DNA of 64,000 nucleotides from Patellaria atrata CBS 101060 (taxonomy: Eukaryota). Positions 35,281 to 47,181 of this stretch are shown here, piece after piece (within the stretch, counting starts at the first letter, position 1; every line of letters begins with the position of its first letter). Position numbers and translations under genes: made by a program. The notes beneath the pieces are model-generated. The model ran no database searches. It was not told the DNA's origin and saw only the letters and a program-made list of their open reading frames with translations. The stretch spans positions 820,666 through 884,665 of the forward strand of contig MU006098.1 of NCBI GenBank assembly GCA_010093705.1, in the 5' to 3' direction.

Positions 35281-37680
35281 ATGGATGGACCGCCTCCTCC
35301 ACCTCCTCCTCATGGCAAAAACCCTAAATCTCACTCTGGCCTACCTCCAGGAAATTACGACATCTTCATAATCCCACCCCACTCCGCCGGCTCAGGATTC
35401 CTCTACCTGCCATCCCTACAACCGCACCGAAACAGTTTCCTAGCCGGTGTTGCCAGCACACTGATATGCGTGGGAATATGGACAGTCATAGCTTCCACTG
35501 TGAAACAATGGTTCGCTGTTGTTGTCGCTTCTGGAGGTGTCGGGGTCCTAATACTTGCTGCTATAGTCGGTATAGTAGGATTGGTGGTGGGCAGAATGAT
35601 GACCGGAGGCACTGATCCCCCAAAACCAGAAGGGGGTGCCGGTGAAGGAGCCAGAGCTGGTCCCCCTCCAGGTGGCCAACGATCAGGTTATCAGCAAAGA
35701 CAAGGCTCTTATCAAGGGTTTCCAGGTGGTGGACCTCCTCCTCATGGACCTCCCCCTCATGGCGCTGGGCCTGGGTATGGCGGATATAATCAACATGACT
35801 ACCAGTCCCCACCAGAAGCCGATGACCCTGGGTTTGATGAATGGGAGAAGGCGCAAGAAGAACAGCGTCGGAAAGAAGCTGAGGGGAAGAAGAAAAAGCA
35901 AGAGGCGGAAGAAGCTAAGAGAAAAGCAGAAGAGGCCAAGAGGAAGGAAGAAGAAGCTATCAAGAGAGAAGAGGAAGCCAGGCGGAAGGAGGCTGAGCGC
36001 AAACGACGAGAGGAAGATGAACGGAGACGGAGAGAAGAAGAGGAGCACAGACGGAGGGAAGACGAGCGGAAACGACGTGAGGAGGAAGAGAGACGGCGAG
36101 CTGAGGAAGATAGACGGCGAGAAGAGGAGCAGAAGCGGAAAGAAGAAGAACAGAGACGCTTGGATGAGGAGCGGAAGCGGAAGGAAGAAGCAGAACGAAA
36201 GCGAAAAGAGGAAGAGCTCCGGCGAGAGGAGGAAAAGAGGCTGAAGGAGGAAGCAGAACGAGCCGCCCGTGCTGCCGCAGAGAAGGAGAAATGGGAGAAG
36301 ATGAGGGCGCGCGAGCGGGAGAAGCGAGACCGTGAAATTCGTGAACGGATAGCCCGCGAGCGCGCTGCAAGGGAGAAGGAGGCCAAAGAGAGAGAGCAGC
36401 GTGAAAGGGAAGCCCTAGAAGCAGAGACTAGAGCAAGAATCGAGAAAGAACTTCGTGAAAAGCTCGAGCTCGAAGAGCGCGCTAGAAAAGCTGAACAGGA
36501 GAAGAGAGAATTAGAGGAGAAGGCTGAAAAGGAGAAGCAGGCTCGAGAACGAGCAGAGCGCCTCAAAGCAGCTCGCGAACGAGCAGAACGAGATCGAGCG
36601 GAGCGCCAAAAACGAGAGCAAGAAGCCGCAGCGAAAGCAGCAGCAGCAACCACTCCTCCTCCTCCTCCTCCTCCTCCCCCTCCTATGGCACCCACAGCAA
36701 GTGCAACAAGCGCAACGAGCGCAACAAGCTCCACTCCCAAGTACGGCGTGGGAGAACGAACGAACCCCTATTCTCGAGTCGGCACCACTCCTTCAATATC
36801 ATCTGCAAGCAGTCCTCGCAAACCTACGCCCTCTGCTAATCCGCCATCGCCAACAAAGCCTGCTTATGAAAAGCCCTCTGCGAAGACTTACGTTGGCACG
36901 GAAGAACCTCACTCCTATCGCCCTTACGACGCGCCGAAACGTCCATATGCCGCCAACGCCTCCCAATCCTCTTTCTACTCCGAATCCTCATACGCACCCT
37001 CAGCCACGACCGCGCGAACGACTCCCCCACCTTCTCACCGCGGTCCTTATAGCACGAAAGACCCCGATAAGATAGTCCTGAAAGCAGTCTACAAATTCAA
37101 TGACCTCTTCCCGAACAAGCCAATCGCCAAACTCGAATCCGGTTCTGGTAATGTTACTGATGGCCTTATCCTAAAGATCATGACCGAAGGTCTCTTCATC
37201 GATGATGATGTCCGCGGCGTTGGCCAGCGCGAATGGGACATTAAGGCCTGGACCATGAAGCAAGTAGAGGTATGGTGTCCCGCTTTCCTTCTCGCTTTCC
37301 CTGCTGCTTTCGACACCACCGCCGCCGGTAAGGCGCGTCGTGAAGGCATGCTGCATTATCTTGCAGGCCAGCCCAAACCGGCAGGCTCAAACCCGGAGGA
37401 TGCAGATGCAGTGGTAGAGAAGCTCATGAGAAGTTGTAAGGGCACCTGTCACGCTAACACGGCAATGCAGACAGGGGAACGACACAATGTTCATGTTGTC
37501 CGCGCGAGTGTCAGAGATGCGGGGAATACAAAGTATGTGTTTGTGCTTGAGAAGACAGAGGGATGGAAGGTTGCCGTTGGTCTTCAAAGGCTCAGGAAAG
37601 GGAGTCAAGTGCGTGCTTTAGCGGTGAATGGTCTCGCTCAAGGTGAGATGACGAGGATTCTGACGCCTTTGGGATTCTAA
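35281..37680 (+). CDS. Conserved fungal protein: two N-terminal TM segments, long E/R/K charged helix, Pro/Ser linker, globular C-terminal domain
   Basis: 799-aa ORF. GNYDIFIIPPHSAGSGFLYLPSL; two hydrophobic helices; ~260-aa E/R/K tract; C-terminal PYSTKDPDKIV..TDGLILKIMTEGLFIDDDVRGVGQREWDIKAW. Probable in-frame intron 37270-37470. Confidence 0.85.
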   Translation: MDGPPPPPPPHGKNPKSHSGLPPGNYDIFIIPPHSAGSGFLYLPSLQPHRNSFLAGVASTLICVGIWTVIASTVKQWFAVVVASGGVGVLILAAIVGIVGLVVGRMMTGGTDPPKPEGGAGEGARAGPPPGGQRSGYQQRQGSYQGFPGGGPPPHGPPPHGAGPGYGGYNQHDYQSPPEADDPGFDEWEKAQEEQRRKEAEGKKKKQEAEEAKRKAEEAKRKEEEAIKREEEARRKEAERKRREEDERRRREEEEHRRREDERKRREEEERRRAEEDRRREEEQKRKEEEQRRLDEERKRKEEAERKRKEEELRREEEKRLKEEAERAARAAAEKEKWEKMRAREREKRDREIRERIARERAAREKEAKEREQREREALEAETRARIEKELREKLELEERARKAEQEKRELEEKAEKEKQARERAERLKAARERAERDRAERQKREQEAAAKAAAATTPPPPPPPPPPMAPTASATSATSATSSTPKYGVGERTNPYSRVGTTPSISSASSPRKPTPSANPPSPTKPAYEKPSAKTYVGTEEPHSYRPYDAPKRPYAANASQSSFYSESSYAPSATTARTTPPPSHRGPYSTKDPDKIVLKAVYKFNDLFPNKPIAKLESGSGNVTDGLILKIMTEGLFIDDDVRGVGQREWDIKAWTMKQVEVWCPAFLLAFPAAFDTTAAGKARREGMLHYLAGQPKPAGSNPEDADAVVEKLMRSCKGTCHANTAMQTGERHNVHVVRASVRDAGNTKYVFVLEKTEGWKVAVGLQRLRKGSQVRALAVNGLAQGEMTRILTPLGF

Positions 37681-38048
37681 AGGTAGGGGATGATGATGTT
37701 GACGTTGATGTTTATGAGAGAGGGACTTGCTTGTCGACTTGTTGTGCGGAATGTGTTTGCGGAATGTATTGGGCATATGCGTGCATGCATCAGCGAGGGA
37801 GTTTCCTTATTTTCTGTTTCTCATCTTTTCTTCATTTGCACATCTAGATGTCTCATACCCTCTTGCCCTATTATTCCAGTCTTTTATTTTCCGTTTGTTT
37901 TTGGATAGGCATAGGGCAACGAGGGAGTATACATAGCTTGTACAGTGCCCACTCGTGGATGTAGATATGGACTATGAATCTGATGGGAATTATTTCTCCC
38001 CCTTTGCCGTATCTCCCGCACTGCGTTTTCACTGTTTCTTTCTAATAC

Positions 38049-39422
38049 TTACCACTCCCTCATACCCCCATCAGCTCCCAAGAACCACCCACTCCTCCAC
38101 GCCTCTCCACCCGCCGCTTTCCTCACAGCCTCCTCGTCCACCTCAATCCCCAACCCCACTCCTCCCCATCCCGCAGCATCCACATATCCATCCACAACGC
38201 TGAACGGTCCCCAACCCTCGTCCGCCTTTATATAACTCAAGACATCCGCCTCTCCCGCCTCGGTGTTATAGTGGATCCCGAACCCCATCTCCTGAATCAC
38301 GTGGTTGGGCGTGCAGAGGGCTATTTGGAAGCAGGCAGCAAGAGCAATCGGGCCGAGCGGGCAGTGAGGAGCCAGTGCGATATCGAAGGTTTCGCACAAG
38401 GAGGCGAGTCGGTGCAGTTCGCTGAGGCCGCCGCAGTGGGATACGTCGGGTTGGAGAATGTCGATGGAGTTGTCTATGGGGAATTAGTCTACCGACGAGA
38501 AAAGGATGAGTGTGAGCGCAAGGAGAAGGGATAGGGCGTCAGGGTATGAGGACACGAAATAAGGGGACCTGTATCGTATTGGGACTTGTTACAGGAAGGG
38601 AAGCACCGCCTCTCTCCTTACCTTTCAAAAACCTCTTAACATCCCACCGCCCATACGTCCTCTCCCCCAACGCAATCGGCACGCTGCTCAGCTCGGAAAT
38701 CTGCTTGATCCCCTCGGGGTTTTCACTCAGCAACGGCTCCTCTACGAACAACACCCCCTCGTCCTCCAGCATCTTGACCAACCGCTTCGCCATCGGCCGA
38801 TGCAGCCGCCCGTGAAAATCAACCGCGACGTCCATCCCCAACCCCCTGACCGTCCGCACCCTCTCCACCGCGCCCGCCAACACGGAAGGCGAGTCCAGCC
38901 ATCCGACGTCCTCGGTCGCGTTCATCTTGACGGCGCGGAAGCCCTGCGCGCGCCGGGTTCGGGCGGCGGCGGAGACGGAGGCCGGCCGGTCGCCGCCGAT
39001 CCAGGCGTAGACGCGCACCTTTTTGCGGACTTGGCCGCCGAGGAGGTGGTGGATGGGCGTGTTGAGCGTGCGGGCTTTGAGGTCCCAGAGGGCAATGTCG
39101 AGGCCGGAGAGGGCGGACATGAGGACGGGGCCGCCTCGGTAGAAGCCTGGGTGGTGTTAGTGTTGTTGGGATCTTGTGGTATGGGGTGGGTTATGGATGG
39201 TGGTTAACCCCCTCGATATCCCGTCTGCCATATATGCTCTATATCGTTGGCTTCGTAACCTATGAATTTCTTCGCGAAGGCGTCGAGACAGCCCTCCACG
39301 GCTTCACTGTGGCCTTCTAATGTCGCTTCTCCCCACCCGTATTGCCCGGTTTCATCTGTTATCTTGACGAAGAGCCAGCGAGGGGGGACGCGGAAATATT
39401 CTAAGGTTTTGATTTTAGGCAT
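38049..39422 (-). CDS. dgoD: D-galactonate dehydratase (mandelate racemase/enolase superfamily)
   Basis: VPPRWLFVKITDE..GWGEATLEGH; GFYRGGPVLMSALSGLDIALWDLK; VKMNATE; DFHGR; VEEP; ALGER; ILQPDVSHCGG; APHCPLGP; C-terminal DGGMREW. Introns 39147-39208 and 38474-38621. Confidence 0.92.
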
Positions 39423-39892
39423 TTTGGGACTTTTGTGTGTGCGATGGTTTTGACTTTACTGTTTGGATTGGATGTTTTGCAAAACTTTTTTTTTTACCTT
39501 GTTTGGGGATTGTTAAGGATGATGTCGTTGCTATGGACGATCTCGGACTGAATTTCGACGAACATGATACCGATGTGACGACTTTCTATTCTACCTTCCT
39601 ATAACAAGCATCCAGGAGAACTGATTCGATCTCTGTCAGAAGGAAGTACCTTGCTATACTCTTTCCTTTTAGGTTCAGGTGAGGTGATCTCCGCTTGACA
39701 GTTGAGTTACCTACCTTCTTTTACTTTTTCAGGGTCGTTATTCCCACTACCTCAGTAACTCAACCTGGACATGGATAGATCATCAAGATCATCAATTCTA
39801 TCCATCCTTTCGTTTCAAAGATGATGTTTTTCAGTATTAGAAAAGCAATCCTTACCTTATTCTTACAACGTCTCACAACATGATGGTCCACG

Positions 39893-41076
39893 ATGGCATC
39901 ACAAGCGGTTCTCAAGCGCAAGACGCGCTTTGTATGCATATCGGATACGCATAACCAAAGACCTAAGCTTCCAAAGGGTGATGTATTCATCCATGCGGGG
40001 GATCTGTCAAACCAAGGGAGTTTGTCCGAGTTGAGGAAGACGGTTGAGTGGATTGAAGGGAGTGATTTCGACAAGAAAATCGTCATTGCTGGTACGCCGT
40101 CCCTTTCATTCGGAGTAAAAGGAGCGGGTTTGTCTCTGTGTAACCTTCATACTATTGCCCTACCTTAAAGGTCATCCAACCATACCAACCAACGCATTGA
40201 TGAGCATGTTGCCGCGTATATGAATTGCTAACTGCATCGATTGTTATAGGAAACCACGATATAACTCTCGATGCGGCGTTCTACAAAGAACATGGCGCAT
40301 ACTTCCATAACCAGCACCCCCAAGATCCTGCCGAATGTCTGAAACTCTTTACCGAATCCTCCTCCATAACCTACCTCAATCATGAATCTACAACTGTCCG
40401 ATTGACGTCCGCGGATGGTCCGCACACTGAGTTCAAAGTGTTTGGAAGTCCATACTCCCCAAAATGCGGCTCATGGGCGTTCCAGTATGACTCTGCAGAC
40501 GCGCCCAAGATTTGGGCCGCCATACCTCTGGATAGTGATGTTGTCATCACTCATACTCCACCTAAGGGACATTGCGATTGGACCACGAATACACGCGGTC
40601 CCAAGGAAGGCTGTGAAATGCTGCGAAGGGCGTTGTGGCGAGTGAGACCCAGCCTTGCCATCTGTGGACATGTTCATGGAGCCCGAGGCGTAGAGAGAGT
40701 TCGGTGGAAGCTAGATATGCCACGCGTAAAGTTCATGGAAGGAAAGGCTGAATTCTGGACGGACCCAGGAGCGGGGAATCAGAAACAGTCACTGGTCAAT
40801 TTGACTGCCAAAGGTGGCAACCCACTTGATAATAATGGTCTTTGCAAATCTTCCGGAAAAGCAAACAATGTCACTTTTCTACCTGGGGATGGAGCATCAT
40901 CCGAAGATACTGACTTCTCGCAACTGGAGACGCATGATGTTGAAGCGCTCATCGGAAGGATGGGACGTAGGGAGACGTGTATCGTCAATGCTGCGATCAT
41001 GGCACCCCGTCAAGATGTGCAAGTGAGGTTCAACAAACCCATAGTGATCGATATTGATCTACCCGTCTGGGTTTGA
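39893..41076 (+). CDS. Calcineurin-like metallophosphoesterase (MPPED/239FB-like)
   Basis: ISDTH, HAGDL, IAGNHD (across intron 40092-40249), ITHTPP, CGHVH: the complete metallophosphoesterase motif set. Confidence 0.9.
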
Positions 41077-43121
41077 TAGAAACAACGGTTACCTCAATGA
41101 GATCAATATCTGTTTCAAGAAGTCTCTTCAAAGCACGATGATTTCACAGCAATCAGTACGGTCCCGTCATATTTGCCCAGTTTCTATGATATGACCGTTG
41201 ACAATCGATTGATGCGTTTGGTTGCGGCGGTTCTATGCTTTTACAATCCTGACACTCTACGTCCAAGCAATCATACTTGTACACGTACGGCTGAGGGAGG
41301 GGTTGAGAGTTGAGAGGCATTCCCCACGTGGAGACGGAGAGGGTTTGGATCGTTCGATAATCGGTGCCTGAGTGGTTATCGATTGGCAGAAGGCGCTTTT
41401 GCCCGTGTCGTCCCTGTCTCTTGAGTCTCTGATGCTCAGAAAATGCCCCGCAAATGCCAAGTTCATCCGCAGTCCCACCCTTCGCAAAGGAAAATGATGC
41501 TCGACCCTATCCAGCTTGCAACGAATAAACACGGATGCTAAGCCACGGATGGATCGGAAGAGCATCTAATACATGTTTCGCCTCGTGGATTTTGGGCAGT
41601 TTCTTAAGGCGATCAGTAAAGAGCTGCTTACTGTAACAGCGATCTACGTTCTGCCATCGATTGAAGGTGTACGGAAGTATTCCATCAAGCCCCCAAGGCA
41701 TCATCCTCCCGAAGGAGAAAGGCAAACAGGTCGGCATGGACGCTTTTGTGAGTCCTTTGGTCTAAAGATTTTCGCCTTTTCGTTGTAAGCGCTGGATGTA
41801 TGGTGATTCACTCTAGTGTCCAATCGTATCTTTAGATATGGGGTTTAAGTAATGCTGTACGACTTGTCCTCTGACCATATGGGTCCGACCTATCTTTTTT
41901 TTTTTGAAATGCGGGATGTAGCAGATTTGGGATAGTCGATGGGAGGAAATTGTCAGATGTTCAGTCCCCATGTTTCTTGTCTTTCGCCAAGTTCAGGTTT
42001 TGATTGGTCTTATGTTTCTAACCGCTGGTATGCAGGTGATGGGGGTTCAATAATAACGGAGTGAGGTGATATATTCTGCACAACGTCCCCTTTCTCTGGG
42101 TCACCATGACCATCGCCTGTCCGCGGCCATCGAACACTTCAGACCGGACTGAAGAGATAGCGATGAACTTTGCACGGTAGACGCCCGTTCTCAGGACGAT
42201 CTCAAGGAGGGTTTGTAACTCTTCTCGGATGGAGTGGTTGAAAGTTTAAAGCAGAATTAGTTGCGAACTTTGCTTAAGGGTATCGGCTTATAGGTCGATT
42301 ATGCTGGCAGCGTGGGATCCAAGACAGTTGGTCTCATGCAATGAATTTTGACACGAACGATGAGACTTCCATCTCGTTCCGTGGTGGGTTAAAGTGACGA
42401 ATGTGGGACGATGTAGATTTGTTGCCCTCATGAGAAAATGCACGATAGATTGCCCCATCGCCAGCCCCTTTCGGGCGAAAGATCCTGAATTGCGTATTGA
42501 ACGTTAACCACGCTCGCCTTGTCTCTGCCTGAAGAATTCGTTGGAGCCGTGAAGACCTGAAAGACGCCTTCCGCTGAAGTCCTAAGGAATAGAGGATACC
42601 TGAATCCTACATTGCATACGAAGGGCGGTAGTAGTCCTGCTCGTAGCATTAACTACTTCTCTTACGGATATCGTCTTTATCCACCTGAAAGCCAGCAGGT
42701 TCGGGATCTACCTATTCAGCTAAATCCATAGTCACCCACCTATTATTATCCACAGCGGCACCAAGAGGTGACATGCACCCTAGGGACCGCTTCTATATTT
42801 TCTGAATCTGACTGTTTGTCACAGCCCTGTGCAGTGTGCAAGCCCAAGTGCAAGGAACACACAACCTCGCAGGCTGCGTTCCCTGTGTCACTGGGGACAC
42901 ATCTGGAACTTTTGATATATGAGAAGCCTGACTCCTGAGTTTCTCGCAGCAGTTGGAAAGAGATCCAGAAATTCCAGATTGAAAAGTGAAACGCTTCACG
43001 CAGGAGGAAGGGAGAATCAGATCTGAATCGCAGGATCAAGTCATTCTCCATCTCACACCAATGCTGTTTAGCCACCACACGAGCCTCTGACGCACTCACA
43101 CCGCTACGACGCATGTTAGTG

Positions 43122-43199
43122 AAGCAGTAAAAGCAGTAAAAGCAGTAAAAGCAGTCAAGCAGTCAAGCAGTCAAGCCGTCAAGCAGTAAAGCAGTAAAG
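43122..43199 (+). repeat. 8-9-bp tandem repeat (AAGCAGT[A/C]..)~9
   Basis: aagcagtaa aagcagtaa aagcagtaa aagcagtc aagcagtc aagcagtc aagccgtc aagcagta aagcagta. Confidence 0.9.
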
Positions 43200-44117
43200 A
43201 AGCACCAAACCTCTTCAAGCAGAACACCACAGCAACCAAGTTATTGCCCAGCTACTGGTTGAGAATAAACAACGCAGCATCACCTGGACTTACTGCACCC
43301 AGTGGAACTGGACACTCCGAAATTCTAGAGTCGTCGCCAGTTACTCACGAGCTTCGACTCAGCCTCTCTCCCACTGCTACTACATCTCCCTTCAGTAACA
43401 TCCTCCGAGCGGTTACGAATACAAACCTTTACCGTATAGAAAACGTTTTGTAATTCTTCTTCCACTGATTCGCATTCGATTCTTCTTTTGAAATCCAGAA
43501 GAGCTTACGAAGTGCAACTCGTTTTGCGAATATTATTATTGCACAGCCCAACAAAGACCCGAAGACTTTTGGCTTCTACCATCTTCCGTACCTTACCAGG
43601 ACGTGCTGGCAGGAACCAACAACAACAAGCGAAAAGTCCGCATCGGTCGGCGGTCGGAGACAAGCGTAACAAGCGAAAAGAATCAGGCGCATCAACCCAC
43701 CGTGCCCACTTAATCAGCAACAAGTCAAGCAACAAAGGTCCCCAAACAAGCGGCCGTCATCCCCCCCGTATCTTCCCGTCATCGCTTACAGTTAGAAGGT
43801 CTCTCCGTTCGAACTTCCACCCCCCCTTCGCTCCAAACCCATAGGTTATCCTACAAACCCATTACAGATATTCATCGAATCGCCACAAATCCAAATACAG
43901 ACGCTGGGCCGTCTTTTCAATACCATTATTCAACTTACTTTGGGGCTTGGTTCAATACAGTCGTCACCCACCTCCAACACCGTTGTCGACAACATTCATT
44001 CTTAAACCATCGCCACTGCCAGCAACCTCTCTTCATGCCCATCTTTCTCAACTGATCGATAGATCCTTCGTCCATCTTTCCTATCACTCATAATCTCACC
44101 ACTCAATCATCCAGAAC

Positions 44118-45962
44118 ATGGACGAGTTACCTCCTTGTCCGTACACGGCTTTAGGTATTCCCAAAGACGCTACTTTAGGCAGCATCAAAAGCGCGTATCG
44201 AAAACTCGTCCTCACATGCCATCCGGACAAAGTCAAAGACGAGTCTCTGAAGGAGCAAAAGGCTGCCGAGTTCCACAAGATTCAATCCGCTTATGATCTC
44301 ATCGGGGAGCAGGAGGGCAAGGAGAAGTACGATGCTCTTCTGAAGTTGACCGAGTTAAGGAAGGCGAAAGAGGCGTTGGAGAAGGAGAAACAAAGGAGCG
44401 CACCGACCGTCGAAGTGAGGACTGCTGGGTACGAATTTCGCAGCTCACCACCTCAATCTAGTGCCGCCTTCACGTCTCGTGGACCTGCTAGGTTTGAAGA
44501 GCGGAGACCTCGTGGTTCCTACGACGACTACGATGAGCAACGGAACTCGTCTCGTAAATTTGAAGGGTATGAGAGAAGATCACCTCCGATGAAGACATCC
44601 CGTGAACCTGAACGCGTCAAAGTCACAAGTAGAGATAGTGAGAGGTCGAGTAGGAGGGAGCGCGACCGTGTCCGAGACCGTGAAGAGAAGAGGGAACGAC
44701 GAGGTAAATATGCCTCTTACGGGTCCGATGATGAATCGGATAGGCCCCGTTACGACCGTTACGAGGACGATATCCGGAGGCGCAGTGATGAAGACATCTA
44801 TCGCAAGAAATATTCCGAGCAAGATCGTGAAGAGGCTGAGGCTCGACGTTATACTGAAGGGTCAAGAAAGCAGGGGAGTTCCCGAGAAACTGAACATTCC
44901 GACTGGGCCCAACAGTTTCGCGAAGCGCAGTATTACCAAGAACAAAGTAGGCAGGGTCAAAATGAAATCCGTCCTCAACCCATTCGGATCTCCTCAAGCC
45001 GACAAGGCGAGGTCGAGTACAGACGCTCGAACGATCGACCAGAAGCAGTTCGTCGCTCTTCCGCCAGGCCAAGAGAACGAACGCATGAGTCAAGTAGACG
45101 ACGTTCTTCGGATCGTGAGCATGGTAGAGAACGTCGACCTTCACTACCTGAAATAGTCGAGGAGAGGCGGCCTCCCACCTTACAAAGCCACACATCATCA
45201 CCCCCTGTCATGAGAAATGTTCGCCTTTCACCTCAACAACGCTCTCATACCTTTGCGGAATACGAACGTGTCGAGGTTCCTAAACATCCCACAATCCGTC
45301 GCGCCGAGACGATGCCAACTCAACACACAATTCCTTCTGCCGTACCTTCCTCTTCTTCTCGCCGCAGAGATGCAGTACCAGCCAACTCATCCAGACTCCG
45401 CAACTCGGAAAGCGTACATGACTCCGGATACGCGAGCCCTTCCGAAGGTGTCACCAGAAAATATTACTACGGCACTGAGAATAAGATTGCTGGTGGAGTT
45501 CCTCTTGAGGATTATACCAATGGACATCGTGTCATCACTCGCGAACCTTCAGGCTCAAGCAAGAACGTTCGCACGCATAGTCCATCTCCTATTCGCGAAC
45601 GAGATCGAGAACGCGAAAGGGACCGACCTAGCTCATCTCGCCCTCACACAACAACTGCTGCTCCTCGTTACGCCGAACCTACTCGTTCCAATAGCTATGC
45701 TGCTTATGACGATAGACCTCAAGATCCTCGTCGCCCGACCGTCACTCATGTGAGACCCCCACCTCCTCAGCGAGAGAATACCGCGATGTACTATGGAGAA
45801 ATCCCCAAAGAAAGGTATCCACCTGAGAAAGTGAGCTTCGGCAAGCGTTACGGATATGGAGATATCAAATTCTCCGGCCGCGAATCGGAAAGTAGGCGCC
45901 GTGAAGCTGAATCAGGCTTCTCAAGACCCACAATACCGAGGAGCGCTACCCATGTCTACTAG
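44118..45962 (+). CDS. J-domain (DnaJ class C) protein with long Arg/Ser/Glu-rich disordered tail
   Basis: PYTALGIPKDAT..IKSAYRKLVLTCHPDKV..FHKIQSAYDLIG..YD. 614-aa intronless ORF. Confidence 0.9.
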   Translation: MDELPPCPYTALGIPKDATLGSIKSAYRKLVLTCHPDKVKDESLKEQKAAEFHKIQSAYDLIGEQEGKEKYDALLKLTELRKAKEALEKEKQRSAPTVEVRTAGYEFRSSPPQSSAAFTSRGPARFEERRPRGSYDDYDEQRNSSRKFEGYERRSPPMKTSREPERVKVTSRDSERSSRRERDRVRDREEKRERRGKYASYGSDDESDRPRYDRYEDDIRRRSDEDIYRKKYSEQDREEAEARRYTEGSRKQGSSRETEHSDWAQQFREAQYYQEQSRQGQNEIRPQPIRISSSRQGEVEYRRSNDRPEAVRRSSARPRERTHESSRRRSSDREHGRERRPSLPEIVEERRPPTLQSHTSSPPVMRNVRLSPQQRSHTFAEYERVEVPKHPTIRRAETMPTQHTIPSAVPSSSSRRRDAVPANSSRLRNSESVHDSGYASPSEGVTRKYYYGTENKIAGGVPLEDYTNGHRVITREPSGSSKNVRTHSPSPIRERDRERERDRPSSSRPHTTTAAPRYAEPTRSNSYAAYDDRPQDPRRPTVTHVRPPPPQRENTAMYYGEIPKERYPPEKVSFGKRYGYGDIKFSGRESESRRREAESGFSRPTIPRSATHVY

Positions 45963-46454
45963 CCTTATGGCATGTAGTTCTGTATTTGTACAACTTTCTC
46001 TCTTTCAATGGACATACCATAAGCTAAATTTTCCTTTTCTCCCATCCCCCCTTGGTTGTGATGGTTTCATGCTCCTATACATTTCCTAATTCTCGTCACA
46101 TACATATTGCTGCTGGTGTCCTGTGCGTCTCTTTCCAATCCAACAAGTAAATAAATCATCCTCTTCCCTTTAGGTCTCTTGGCGCTCGGTGCGGTTGTCT
46201 CATACTTTCGGCTCCTGGCCATAAAGTACAAAATAAACTCATTTCAACATATTTTGGCCGCAAGGTCTCAGTAAAGGGAAAGGTACTACGGTGTCTACGA
46301 AATGAAATGTTATGGATGGAGGCATGGATACTTTCAGTACTGTGTTCTCGAGAGGTTATCGATATTCTTTTCTTATTGGTTATTGCGAATATTCCCCTTC
46401 TTTGGTATTTCGATTCGGTTTGGGTGTTTTAAAGATTTTTTTACAAAATAAAAA

Positions 46455-46924
46455 NNNNNNNNNNNNNNNNNNNNNNNNNNNNNNNNNNNNNNNNNNNNNN
46501 NNNNNNNNNNNNNNNNNNNNNNNNNNNNNNNNNNNNNNNNNNNNNNNNNNNNNNNNNNNNNNNNNNNNNNNNNNNNNNNNNNNNNNNNNNNNNNNNNNNN
46601 NNNNNNNNNNNNNNNNNNNNNNNNNNNNNNNNNNNNNNNNNNNNNNNNNNNNNNNNNNNNNNNNNNNNNNNNNNNNNNNNNNNNNNNNNNNNNNNNNNNN
46701 NNNNNNNNNNNNNNNNNNNNNNNNNNNNNNNNNNNNNNNNNNNNNNNNNNNNNNNNNNNNNNNNNNNNNNNNNNNNNNNNNNNNNNNNNNNNNNNNNNNN
46801 NNNNNNNNNNNNNNNNNNNNNNNNNNNNNNNNNNNNNNNNNNNNNNNNNNNNNNNNNNNNNNNNNNNNNNNNNNNNNNNNNNNNNNNNNNNNNNNNNNNN
46901 NNNNNNNNNNNNNNNNNNNNNNNN
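46455..46924. other. Assembly gap (run of N)
   Basis: 470 N bases. Confidence 1.
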
Positions 46925-47181
46925 CCCCTTCCCCCCTCCGCGGGCCCCTCTTCCCGTCATCCTCACAATATAACATCCCTTAGCTTGCCACCGTTGAATA
47001 AGGTACTGTACATGATCCCTTATTGATATTCGAGTCCCATGGTTAAGGTATCTGGACTGTATGCTACCACAGTTACCACCGAGAATCATCTCAGCTCCCA
47101 TCTCCCATCTCTCATCTCATGTCGCTTTCTCAACGCCTCAAGGTGTCGATTCTCCCTCCATCCTTACCCCTTTGGCCAGAA

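Noticed and set aside
35636..36740. Long antisense and alternate-frame ORFs over the charged-helix gene (likewise 10505-11107, 44602-45753, 59983-60765)
   Set aside because: Shadow ORFs caused by biased codon usage of the real genes.
11818..39422. Pectin/sugar-acid utilisation cluster (pectate lyase + MFS + dehydratase)
   Set aside because: The genes are spread over 27 kb with unrelated housekeeping genes between them, and DgoD acts on D-galactonate rather than the fungal L-galactonate intermediate.
46312..47101. ORFs of ~200-240 aa spanning the N run
   Set aside because: Artefacts of translating the assembly gap.
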